Part shown: piece after piece, positions 12,188 to 24,490 of the stretch | How positions within the stretch are numbered: the stretch's first letter is position 1 | Layout: each line of letters starts with the position of its first letter | Source of the DNA: Seison nebaliae | Taxonomy: Eukaryota | DNA length: 45,684 nucleotides | NCBI GenBank assembly: GCA_023231475.1 | Contig: JALJEE010000707.1 | Span: 1-45,684 of the forward strand | Direction: 5' to 3' | Made by a program: the position numbers and the translations under genes | Notes under the pieces: model-generated | Seen by the model: the letters and a program-made list of their open reading frames with translations, nothing else | The model's database searches: none | Told to the model about the DNA's origin: nothing

Positions 12188-15100
12188 ATGGAAATTGTCA
12201 ATGGATGGAATTCATTGATGGACGAAACGGAAATTGACGGTGTCAAAAAAGATGTGTTGAATGATAAAATTTGGAGGAAAGAAATTAGGAATGTGGAAAA
12301 ATGTCGAGAAAATCATTCTTATTTTCATTATGTGAAGGAGATGGATATGTTGATCGATGGTTCTCATGGCGATAAAAAAGATAATGATAAAGATAATCAG
12401 AAACTATTAGAAATATATCCGAATAACCACATTCTCAACAATCAAATGGAAGGACGTCCTTGTCTCACAACTAACTCCCATTTCCGTCATACGAATCCCA
12501 GACATAACATGTATTCGGCTAAAGATGAGAATTATTATCGGATAAACGATGAACGACATGAAATGGATTTGCGTTTAATAATTTCCTATAAAGTTTATTT
12601 GTCATTGAAATGTTTGTATGAATGTTTATTGAAATATTATGGGAAACAACGATGTGATCTTCTCTCTCAATTCTTGACGACATCAGTTCTCTTACCGTTA
12701 TATCCTCATCAGAAGATTCCCTCGAAATTATTGAAAGATTCGAATGATATTTTGAAATTTTATTATCCATTTCTCTTCACAAATCATCGAATTCTCCAAA
12801 AGATTTTAAAAAGTTTCAATAAAATGAAAGTATCCGTCGTTCCATTGGAAGAAGAGAAAGAAAATGATTTCATGAAATTGACAATGCCAAACGAAAGAAT
12901 AAATTTGAAATTAAAAAGATTTTATGAGAAGAATGAAAAATTGAATAATAAACGAAAGAATTTAGTCAAACGATTAAAAGTGTTGAAGAAACAGAAATGG
13001 GATAACTATCTAGATTTTGACAAGACGAGTGTTTTCCGTTTCGTCCAAAATCGATACGATCGAATGATTGAGACAGCGATTGGTGAGGAATATAACGATT
13101 TGAATTTGATAAAATTACAGGAATCGGAACGTGTCATTCTTCAGACGGAGGATGAATATCGAGATCTGGTAAATATTTCGTCAGCTTTTAGAAGTTATTC
13201 TAATAATAAAACGGAAATCAATCCACAAATCAGTATTTTTACCAAAACTGAATGGTCATATCCGAATGAAATGAAAACTATTCAACCTTTGTTGAATGAT
13301 GATGATGATGATGAAGAGATCAAATATCAGAATATCATCAAATATTGCACTTATTCCACCACCAACTCATCAACATCAGACACCATTCAGAATTGTACAT
13401 TAAAACGATTATCTGCAATTCATGCTGATAAGGAGAATAAAAATCAACAAAACTTTCTCAACCAAATCCAACACACTAAAGACGGTGAAGGAATCGCTCT
13501 TTCAGGAAACATGTCGGAAAATGAAAATAAGTTAAAATTAGAGAAATCATCAAATAAACTTGGAAATCGTTCGTCAACAAGCAAAAAACGAGAACTATGT
13601 CATCAATTTTATAAGTCCAAAATTAAACCAAACAACTATATGACTCATTATGCGATTAATCAACGTCAAACGTTCAATGTCGATCCATCGACAAGACATG
13701 TGAATCATCACCATCATCATAATCATAATCAATTGAATTATGATGAGAATGGAATGGATATACATTATCATCGTGAAATTAATATGATTAACAAAGAATA
13801 TAATAAATGTTTGAAAGATTTCCCATTATTCTCATTCGTATTTCCTTATGCACATCGATATTTAATAGAACAAGAAATACCGGAAAATATGACGAGTATT
13901 TTGGGAGTGTCACTAGCGAATTTTCGCACTTGTTTCCACTTCATTTTCGAGAATAATCATTCATTTGTGAAAGAGTTATTGAAGAATTTATTCACTACAC
14001 CATTCCATATTATTCCGTTTATTTGTCGTCAAATCGCCATCCATCTCATCAAGTGGACGGACGAGAAAGCGGCACTCAACGACAAATGGTTACATTCGTC
14101 GTTCAATGTGGAGAGGAAAGCGATGGATTTACTTAGTAAAGATTTCAATGAGCATAACTCACAAGAAATGGAAATGTCAAATATTCGATTGTTACTTTAT
14201 ACGAAAATGGAAACGATTTCAGAAGACGGTTGGTGGAATGAATGGAAGAAATTGAGAGATTTATCAATATCTTCAAATTATCTCTGGAAAGATTGTACGT
14301 CATTTCTTTTTAAGAATTCACTCGTTTATCCATTAATCAGGAAAGATATTCATTTGGAGAATTATGAAAGAAGGATGGAGAAACCAAAGTCACAAATGTT
14401 ACCAGCTCGACAATTTAGTGATTCATTCGATTCATCTTTATATTTGGACATGTTGACAATTGTCATGTATCAGATCGAAGAATATCTTGATGAAGATTCC
14501 ACTCATGTCAATGATAATTGTAAGAAATTGCTTTATATGTTATTACCATTACTCATTTTCCATAATCGTTTACCAACCATCATTGAAACAATTGAAGAAG
14601 ACATCAACAATGAAAGTGGAAATTCGGAGAGTCTATTATTATTTGAACAATTACAAAAATTGTCAATCGAATCCTTTGGAATGGATTATAAAGAATTGTT
14701 CAATTATCTCCCAAATTCCAATGATGATTATGTCACTTGGTCAGTAATGACACAGGATTGTTTCATTCTCATTTATCTTCTCCAAGTCGTTATCAGTCGT
14801 CTTCAATATTTTATGGAATTATCTGCAATTCTCTTCCATTATTTCTCATTAGATGTCAAAGAGTTTCTAGAACGACGAAATAATTTATTAGAATATGATG
14901 AATTGTTAAAAGAGAAAAACGAAGATAACTTCCCAGAAAATGATCCTGAAGACACACTAAGTTTAGACGAAACTGATCACGATATCGATCATAGCAAATC
15001 ATCAGCTCATGAAATTCATTATTTCGATCAAAATCAATCGTTATCAGAATTGTATGATGATGGGGAAGAAGAAGATAATGAAATAGGAACTGAAATAGAA

Positions 15101-16468
15101 ATGGACAATGTCACTGATTATACTGACGAAAAATCTGATGATGAAGATGATGATGATGATGAAGAAGACGAAGAAACAGAAATAGATTTAATTATGGACT
15201 CTCTTTCCAATGATGATATTGATAACGATTCTAATGTTGAAATTTCGTCAATTGAAACTTTAACCGATGAAAATTCGAATGAGAATTTAAATTTTTTTCA
15301 GAATTTACAAGAAAGTTCTGAAGGAGTTTCTGATGAGATTTCCGATAATTATTTGGAAGTGACTTCAGATGAAAATTCGGAGACCATGTCAGATGAAACT
15401 TTAAGAGAATATTCGAATGACAGTGATTCTATTGAATTATCATCTGACGATTTAACTGGAGATTCATCTGATGATTCGAAAATTAGAAATTCTGTTGAGG
15501 AATCTCTTGGAAGTTCAATGGATGAAATTTTTGATGAAGAAACAGAAGATGAAAGTGAGAGTAGTCAAGAAACTATTTCGGAAAATGATAGTGACGATAA
15601 TGAACAAGAGGACGAAGAAGATGATGATGATGATGAAATTATTGATGATGATGATGAAGGAGAAATAGTATATACAGAAAAAGATGATAATTGTAAAGGA
15701 TTCAATTTAAGTCATTCACAAAATAATACGAATGAGAATGATGAGAAAAGTCATCGACGATTTGTTTTAACTAATCGATTTTTTTATTTTTATTATCCTC
15801 GATATCTTTGGAATGAATCGTTCGAGAAGATAGTTGATGAAAATGAATCATATCTTTATCTCTCGAAAATTTATCGATTAACCGAACGCAATTTACCAAT
15901 CTTCCAACTACATCCCTCACAATATTTCCGTTTCGTTTTAGATTTGGTTAATTTTTTTTTATTTTACTTTATATTCAATTTCGTTCCTTATTTTCATAGA
16001 TTATTTTAAATATTGGCAAAGAAATCGATACGGCGAAATATGAAGCAAATTTACGTTCACTATTTGGTATTCATTGGTGTTGTGCAGGAAATATTCCAGA
16101 ATTGATAAAAGTTTCTTCATTTCATTCATTCTCATTTTCTCATGTTTCTTTATCAGAATATTTCTTCATTAGTCATGAGTATTGGAAAGGATGATGATTT
16201 AATGAAAAATTTAGAAGATCAATTCCGATTTGTCATTAAACAAAAGAATATCGAACGATTTTATCGATTAGATAGTCGATTGGAATCGAAGCATGGACAA
16301 ATCACCAGAACGAAAAAGAATTTAAGTTTGACGAATGATAAAAAGAATATTCTTTCTTGTTTCATTCGCAATGAGAAAATGATGAAGGATGAAGAGAATG
16401 ATGAATATATTCTTTTAAAATCATCAAGAAAAACGAAAAGATTTTTATTGTGCGAAAGAAAAGATTGA
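12188..16468 (+). CDS. Divergent SIN3-like co-repressor scaffold (HDAC-interaction domain + C-terminal conserved region, no PAH1-3); introns 15947-15999 and 16111-16156
   Basis: HSY...NHILNNQ...DENYYRINDERHEMDL resembles the Sin3 HID (SY...EVLNDT...EEHIYRCEDERFELDV). The spliced C-terminus PSQYFRFVLDLIILNIGKEIDTAKYEANLRSLFGIH resembles Sin3a_C ([33 protein letters not shown]). About 250 aa D/E/S tract lies between. Confidence 0.7.
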
Positions 16469-16521
16469 AAAGAATTCTCGTTATTTCTTAACATAATTAT
16501 ATCTCTATTTTTCTCATCATT

Positions 16522-16955
16522 TCAAATATCATTTTTCTTTTTTAACTAATTCTGATGTTTTATCTATATCACGACAACACGGATCTCGATAACATGGTTT
16601 ATATTTCTTTATTTCTAAAATTCATCTAACGATGGGACAAGGAATGTGAAAAAAAAAAACCTTCTTCTGTCAAATTCCTTAAAATCGGTTCGATCAATCC
16701 GATATCATTCGGCGATTGTGTCGTATCAAATTTCCACTCTCTATCATATCCTCTAAATATCTTCTCTACAGAATCTATCGGACAATAATATTTCGATTAA
16801 TTAAAATTGGATGTTGTCAAAATCTTACCTAATGATTTCCTCACCATATGTCTATTGGGATTGAGTGAAGAGTTTCCTGAATTCGTATCGACTGTTTCCA
16901 TCGATTTCTTCGTATCTGGTATAACTGTCGAAATCGATAGTTTGTCATTGTCCAT
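16522..16955 (-). CDS. Small orphan protein (~110 aa), 3 exons
   Basis: MDNDKLSIST...KSL-DSVEKIFRGYDREWKFD...TEE-EIKKYKPCYRDPCCRDIDKTSELVKKKNDI*. Two phase-1 GT-AG introns keep frame. Confidence 0.55.
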
Positions 16956-18037
16956 CGTTACGTAGTTTAGGATGGAATGAGAATGAAGAGAAATGAAAGA
17001 AAGAAAACAAACAAAGTTAAAGTTAAAAGAAAAGTTTACGTATATAATTGAATAGAAATGAATTGTAAGAAAAAATAATTTGGAAATATCACACCAAATA
17101 GAAAAATAATGTTGATCGCACCCAGTGAAAAATCGATTGTAGATATGGAGAATGGTCATTACTCAATTTCTCCCAATTATGTCCGTCATATTCAATCAGT
17201 CAATTAATTTTGAACATTCTACAAATGGTAAATTTTTGGAGAAAGCAATTCAATGTCTTTATATATTTGACCGATAAGAGAGATGTTATTAGAATGAAAT
17301 AAATGAATTTTCTTTATATTCCTTCATGAAATAATAAGCAGTTCATTGGTTTTCTTTTTAGCATACAAAATTATATTTTGCAAAAAAAAATGTCGTGAAT
17401 TATTTTCAAAATTGTAATAAACTAAATTTTGTGTATAAACTATAAAATTATTTCCCAAAAATATATTTATAATGTAAACATTTTTTATATTATGTATTTC
17501 TCTTTTCTTTTTCTTATTATGTAAATTTGAAGAAATGTCATTTTGGATGACTCATTAATTTGAAGGAGAAAAATAACATTGGAAGGAATATTAATTGAAT
17601 ATTATTATTTACATGTAAATTATTGGTCGAATGCTAGTTTTGTGTCGAAGATTGAAGTTGAAAGAATGTAAATAGAATAGAAAAGAGAACGAAAGAATTC
17701 GTTAAAAGGACGACATGATTGTCGGTAATGAGAGAAGTAGATAATTAGAATAGTTTTATTCTTCAAATTTTCATTTACCAACTTTTATAATTTAGACATT
17801 AGTTTAATAATAATAAAGTCAGAAATAGTAGAATGAGGATGGAGATGAAGAAGAGCTAAAAGAACAAAAAAAGAAGAAATATTTATTTTTCTTATTAGTT
17901 CGATATCGAATATAATTCTCTTCAAAAATTTATTATTTTCTCGATAATATTTTCTTTCTATTTTGAACTTTTTTCTCCTAATCAAATCAAATACAATTTC
18001 TTCCATTTCTCTTTTCACAGATAACTTTTATTTTCAA

Positions 18038-19007
18038 ATGCTCTTTTACAAAATATTCTGTTCGTCCATTCTCTTGGTAACGCTGACAAGTTATTTTTAA
18101 AATTGTCTTTCTTAAAAATTCAACATATTTTTTAAAAAAAGGTGGAGCTAGGTGGAGTGGAGGAGGTTTCCGATCTTCAGGTTCCAGATTTTCCAGTGGG
18201 TCCCGTTATGGAGGTTCGTCGTCAAGACGATGGAGTGGTGGCACATCAAGTGGAACAAGTCGATGGTCGTCAAGTAGCAGTCGAGGAATTGGTGGTTCCA
18301 GTTATCGAGCGTCATATTCCAATCCATCTAGTCGATCATTCAGAATGCAATCTTATTCGTCACGTTCTGGAAGTAAATCATTTTTCCGTGCTGGAAATTT
18401 AGTAAAAGGAGCCGTTGCCTATTTGGCATTTCGAAGTTTGGCGAATATGGCATTCGGTCATAATCATTATGATTATCGATCGAGATACTCCTCCGTCAAT
18501 GGACATTACTGTACGAACAATGTTAATTTTAATGGAACGAAATTCGGACGATTCCGTTGTCCATTAAATTCATTCAAAGCAAGTGACATTTATTGTTGTG
18601 GACCAGGTGGTGAACAATATTGTTGTTCATTCACTGATTCGACTACTCGAATAGTTTTGTTAATTTTAGGAATAGTTTGTGCTATCGGAATAATTGGCGG
18701 TTGTATTTATTGTTGTATGAAAATGAAGAAAAAACGATCGAACGATTCAAATGATACTCCTTCTCAACAATATACGATGCATCAATTTCCTATGCAACAT
18801 CAAGAAACATATAAAGATGACAGTTATACCAAAATGGCTATGCCTCCTACAAATCAAAATTTCTACGTTCCCTCTCAAGTTCAACAACAACCGACTGTCT
18901 CATATCCTCCTCAACAACCGAATGGTATAAATATGTTGATGAATCCATATGGACAAACAAATAATAATAATAATGATCAACCACCTCCATATACTGCGAC
19001 CAGTTAA
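18038..19007 (+). CDS. Shisa-like/CX-module single-pass membrane protein with R/G/S-rich N-terminus and C-terminal PPPY; intron 18090-18141
   Basis: Signal peptide MLFYKIFCSSILLVTLTSGA, R/S/G-rich tract, Cys module (FRCP...IYCCGPGGEQYCC), TM helix, juxtamembrane CIYCC, and a P/Q tail ending QPPPYTATS. Confidence 0.8.
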
Positions 19008-19744
19008 GCAACTTAAAAATTAATTTTTTTATTCACATACAAAACATTTCAATTTCCTATTAATTTTTATCATTTTCACAAGACATTTGGAATTGTATGA
19101 TAAAAATTCAAATATCTTCGATTAATTAATGATGACTGATTTTGTAAATATTATTCTCATCGTCATCTTCAAATACATCATCAGTCTAATTTCTTTTTAT
19201 TTGCACAAAAATTCGTTTGAAAAGTTTATTTCTTCTTTGCGTCGCCGTCTCTTTCATGACATTTCTAATTCTTTCTTCTTGTTTATAATATAATATGAAT
19301 CTTTATTTCTATCCATTAATCACTTTTCACCATTCAGAATTCAGTTAATGAAAATTATTTGAGAAAACAAAAATCGTTTTAACTTGAAACAAATTCTGAA
19401 CTTTTCATTATTCTTTTCTCTTGGAAAACAGTTAAGTGTAGAAGATACTTTTTAGATTAGTTCTCGTTTTTGAAATATTTTTAGTGAATTAAATTTCATC
19501 GATTTCTCAACAATATTTTCATAACGATCAAAAAATAATTCAGGTTTTTTGGGAGAAATAAATAATTTCAAAATTTTTAGTTACATATTCAAATTTCATG
19601 AAATCTATTTGTCATCTTGTAAATTAGTCAATGATCAGAAAGTTTCTTCTTAAAATTGATTCGTCAAACAATTATTGAAAATGATAACTCGCTCTCTCTC
19701 TCTCTTTCTCTCCTATTTAATTTGGATAAGTGTCGAATGGTACA

Positions 19745-19767
19745 TGACGTCAATGAGGCGTATAAAT
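19745..19767 (+). promoter_or_regulatory. Candidate CRE (TGACGTCA) next to a TATA box, upstream of the 20061 gene
   Basis: Palindrome tgacgtca at 19745-19752 and tataaat at 19761-19767, about 300 bp upstream of ATG 20061. Confidence 0.3.
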
Positions 19768-20060
19768 AAAATGCGTATACGTCATAACGACGTCTCTGTT
19801 TGGCAATAGCATGCAAATTCATCTAAATGACGATGATTGAAAGGAGAAGTTAGTGATGCGTATCCATGTTCATATGACCATAAAAGACGATTATTTCTCA
19901 TATTCAATCGATATGTCAATTCAATAGTTTTACAATATCGAGAAACATTTCTATCTATCTTCATTCATAATTTATTACTTTCTCTAGTTTTCTTTCTCAT
20001 TTTGTCAATAGACTTTTTTTTCATTTCTGAGATCATACAAGGAAACAGCTGTTAGCCAAT

Positions 20061-20405
20061 ATGATGCCAACACAGACAGTAATGATGCCGACCATGACCG
20101 GTGGCATGGGTGGCATGGGTGGAATGGGAATGGGCGGTGGTGCCGGTATGAATGATTTACGATATCGTATGATGAATTACGGACGAAAAGCAAGAACTAT
20201 GGCTATTCTTGGTGCTTTATGTACTAGTTGTTTAGCATTCATCTTCCTACCATTATTGGCGGCATCCCTCCTCGCATTTACCATCTATTTTGGTAAATAC
20301 ATCGACAGTCTACCAGATCTTCCAGATTCAGCTGCAACAATGTCCTTAAACACTTTATTCATTGTTCTTATTGCTGTAATGGTTGCAATTCGACAGAAGT
20401 TCTAA
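20061..20405 (+). CDS. Small two-hydrophobic-segment membrane protein with Met/Gly-rich N-terminus (114 aa)
   Basis: GC-richer, coding-like single-exon ORF. GGMGGMGGMGMGGG tract, a long hydrophobic helix and a hydrophobic C-terminus. Confidence 0.7.
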   Translation: MMPTQTVMMPTMTGGMGGMGGMGMGGGAGMNDLRYRMMNYGRKARTMAILGALCTSCLAFIFLPLLAASLLAFTIYFGKYIDSLPDLPDSAATMSLNTLFIVLIAVMVAIRQKF

Positions 20406-20777
20406 ACTTACTAATAAATCAAGATGGATTGGCCTCCCACATTGGCTAATTGACTGAAGTACTTGGAAATCTCAAATCTCATGGATAAAAAACCATTCTG
20501 ATAGACGTGTCATCCGACATCTCTGTTCAGAATATCTAACTCACTCATTCTTTCTTATTTCTTTTAATATTTTTCAATAAACGGCAAAACCTGGCACACA
20601 TTTCTTCATCTGATTTCACCACTAGATATTATCTTAAAAACAAAACTTCCTACAAATGTTAAATTAGAAGAAAATTATAAAACTCTTTATTCAATATGTA
20701 TTACTTACTTTATTTAAAAAAAAAAAAAGAAAAAAATATAATATGAAAAATATTGATAAAAATTTTCTTGGACAAAA

Positions 20778-22366
20778 TTAAATTATTCTCGAATAAGTTT
20801 TTTCACAAAATATTTCTGGATTGGGCTAATTAAAGGGAGAATAAATAATTAAGTATAGAATAAAAGAAAAATTCTAACAAAATTTAATTTGATTCTATCG
20901 TTTTCTAAAAGTTTCAAAATTTTATGAATTCTCATCAATTCATTAATACAATTCGTCAATTCTTCACTGTACTTCTTCCGAGTAATTTGTTTGAATGTCG
21001 TTTCGACTTCTAATTTTTTCCTTTTTCCATCTTCTTTAATCGTCTTTTCCTCCATTTCATCAGTTGATGGAAAGAAGAAATCGATATCTTTCGAAATTTC
21101 TAATTTCTTCTCTGACTCCTCATCAGTTGCCGATGTAATTGATTTGACTTCTTTTATAAGATGAATGAGATGTTCAATTCGTTCAATAATTATAATTTCA
21201 GATTTCCTCAATGTATTTGTGTCTTCTGTACAATTTCTCTCATATCCATCAATATTTAATAAAGAATCTCTAGTTATTGTTTGACCAGTTTCCAACTTGA
21301 ATTTTCTTTTTCTTCGAATTCTTTCAATTTCTCCTGTTCGATCATAATAATCATCGTCGTCCGATGCATAATAATCGTTCAATTTATATTTATCATTTCG
21401 ATTAAAATCATTTTCATGTTTTTCACCTTTTTCTTCCACATTTTTATCAGACAGAAATATTTGTCGGGGTGGTAAGAGATCTAATTCCGATAATCGATAA
21501 CATGCTTTCTCCATCACTTCTTTTTCGATTATTTTATTCTTAACACTTTTCCGACAATCAACACGAATATTCTCATCCTCCATCAGAGGTAGAGTTAATT
21601 CATAAAAATATTTTCCATTCTTTTCTTTTTTCTCCAATTCCATCGATTTACCTTCACTTTCAAACCATTGAAACAGAACTCCACGAACGTCTTTCAAAAA
21701 CCAATTTTTATCATTCTCCTCCTCATTTTCCATTAAATGAACCATATCATTCGTACAAATCTCATCATTATCATTATCATTTTTATTATTATCAAAAATT
21801 TGATTTTCATAAATTCCTGAAGAATTCGCCAAATCATCATTTAGTTGTTGGATGTCGTTCGCATTTTGTTTCAATAATTTCTCTTTAAATAATTTCGAAC
21901 GTTTTTCATGAAGTTTCTTCGATTTTTCCCAATTAATTGAAATGAATTCATTCGATTCCATCACTTTCGTATGAACGACGTAAATTCGAGAACTAAATCC
22001 AAATCGAATTTGATAACAGTCCAACAAAGGACAAATTTCATTCTTCTCCATTTTCTTCTTATTCAATCGTGTTCCATGAGTACTGTTCAAATCGACGAGA
22101 TGGAAAGTATTCGAGTTTAATTCACAATTTAATTTCTTAAAAATGATGGCATGATATCGTGAAAGTGAAGGATTATCAATGACTATATCATTCTCGTCTT
22201 TCAATCGACCCAAAAATATAACTTTCTTATTAAACTGTCCCGGTTTCAATTTGATCTCTTCAATAATGACACCTTCTCTAATAATCTCAATATATTCGTC
22301 ATCTTCTTCTTCAAACTCGACAGCATCTTTTATTAAATGATCAACCGATGGTCTTTCATTCAACAT
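20778..22366 (-). CDS. SLC4A1AP: Kanadaptin (SLC4A1AP)-like FHA + dsRBD-like protein; short terminal exon after an intron at ~20826-20878
   Basis: FHA domain (GR...NPSLSRYHA...DLNSTHGTRLN...FGFSSRIYV). DVRGVLFQWFESEG...YELTLP...KACYRLSELDLL. YYASDDDDYYDRTGEIE motif typical of kanadaptin. Confidence 0.85.
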
Positions 22367-23259
22367 TCTTCGAAAATTTGGCGAATTTAATAATAGCTAA
22401 GGATTTGAATTTTACTTAAAATTTATTTAAAATTTATTTAAAATAAACTCCTATGAATTCTCCGAAAATCAAATTACTAAACGTCTATCAAGTAAGGAAA
22501 CAAGTTTTTTTAATTTCTTTTCAATTAATTGATTAATTTGATTAATTCATAAAGTTTGTTGTGTTCATCAAAAGAATATTGGGAAGTCCTCTACTTCACA
22601 TCATAAATTTAATTAGATCATTTTGAACGATAAGAAACACATCCGTTCTTCACATTCAAAAATGATGTTACATCAGTTAAAAGTTTTGACAGAAATGTTG
22701 TCCATTTATTAATTGTTTTAATCTTCTTATTTCATCAATTTTCTTTATCTTTCACATCCTTTTATTCATTCCAATAACCATATTTTACTTTGAACATTTT
22801 ATTCTGGTTAATCGTCCTATTTTGTCATTTGTTTAATGAGGATAAATGTTGAACTCCATGTGTGATTGACGATTGGAAACTTTTTCAAGATTTAAATAGT
22901 TTTACGTTTATGACCAGTGTACTGGGAGAAGAGTATCATCATAATTATACTACCGCTGTCAGATTATTCTTAAGTTTATCGGATTATTAATCTGATTATA
23001 CGAAGTTTAAATGCACTACCATTCTTATCCTTAAGAGAATTAGATTCCCCAAAGATTAATAATGAATCGAAACAATTGTTCTTCGTTAATTGCTATTTGA
23101 AATGAAGACGAATATTGTTATAAAAAAAATTATTCTAACTCAATTGAATATCATAACTTAAGTTATGATGTAAGTCAACAAAACTCTTCCGTTATTCTTT
23201 TCTTATGCATGCTCCACTTTTCTGATTTCTCTTAATTACATACGAATCTTCTCTTGTTA

Positions 23260-23621
23260 GAAAAGAAACTTTTACGATGTAAAATGATACAGATTGTTCG
23301 AAGTATAAACATGTTTTCATGTTTACTCTAATTATATTAATAGATAAATTTTATTTTTTCAGTGCAACACTAATTTCTTTCACGTTTATTGCACAAGTTG
23401 TTTTAATTTACTATTATCATCAAATCGGAAAAAACAAGATATTTTCGGAGATTGTTTACCTGAATCAAAAATTTCTAAACAATTCCATTATTATGTTATG
23501 CATTATATTGTCAGTAAGTTTATTTGGATACCATCAATATATGTTAAGTATTAATAACAAATTGTATGAAAGGAAACGATTGAAAGGAAAATTGACAAGG
23601 AGAATTCTCGAAAAAAATTGA
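23260..23621 (+). CDS. 3' exons of a probable multi-exon membrane protein (5' part unresolved, perhaps from ~22450)
   Basis: Exon KKLLRCKMIQIVRSIN joins by a phase-2 GTT..CAG intron to IATLISFTFIAQVVLIYYY...SIIMLCIILSVSLFGY (two TM-like segments). Confidence 0.35.
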
Positions 23622-24490
23622 AATAAACAAGAAAACTATTGATGAGTCTACAATGTTATCTCGATAATTCCATTGAATAATAATAAATTTTGACAGTTCT
23701 AACAGGAAGGTATGATTAATGTTATTCAGACGTGAATCAACAGAATAAGAAACGAATGTTCTTTTCGTTTTGCAAGTTTCTATTTTTAAAGACTTATCAC
23801 TCCACATGTTCAATGAATCGAAGTTAATTAGATTTTTATTTTCTATTGTTCCCATATCGATTTGAAGCGAATGATGCAATATATACTAATGTTTTTTTTA
23901 AAATTAATACAACATTTATCATTTAATATCACTATATACGTATAGTGAATATGTCAAAAATAAAAAATTTATCTTTCTTTTCGAATTAACTTTGTTTTTT
24001 TAAGAGACTATGCATTTATTGGAATTAATCTTTTTTCAATACCCAAATTATTGTCAATAACAATTTTTGTTGTTTCTTCTAATTGAGATTAACATCACAA
24101 TCTATTGTTCTGAATAAATTTAAAGGAAATAAGAATGGAATTGTGATGAAATGATTAATAAATATTAGTATAGTGTTGTTCGAAAACTCGATAATTTCTC
24201 TTAATTCCAATATTAATCTTCCTTATTTTCTTCACCAATTATTGACAATTAGATGAATAATTGAACATTAATGTGCAATATCCTCTGCAAAGTTACTTCT
24301 TCAATCTTCCACGAAATCATTTTCTTTTTCTTACATCTTTTTTTCCCTATCATCAACTAATTTGAAATTGTTAATTTAATAATGTCAATAAGAAAGATAT
24401 CTCAAAATAGAAAAAAGATGAAAAAAATGTTTATTTCCATGTCAACTGTTTTCAGGAAGTTCCTGAGAAAGAAACGTGCAATGTTATGAA

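Noticed and set aside
17100..17260. Sm-site-like AATTTTTGGA (17231-17240) suggesting an snRNA or SL RNA
   Set aside because: No convincing stem-loops or snRNA similarity, and the motif is expected by chance at this AT content.
18142..18402. 86-aa Val-rich ORF
   Set aside because: Alternative frame of exon 2 of the Shisa/CX-like gene.
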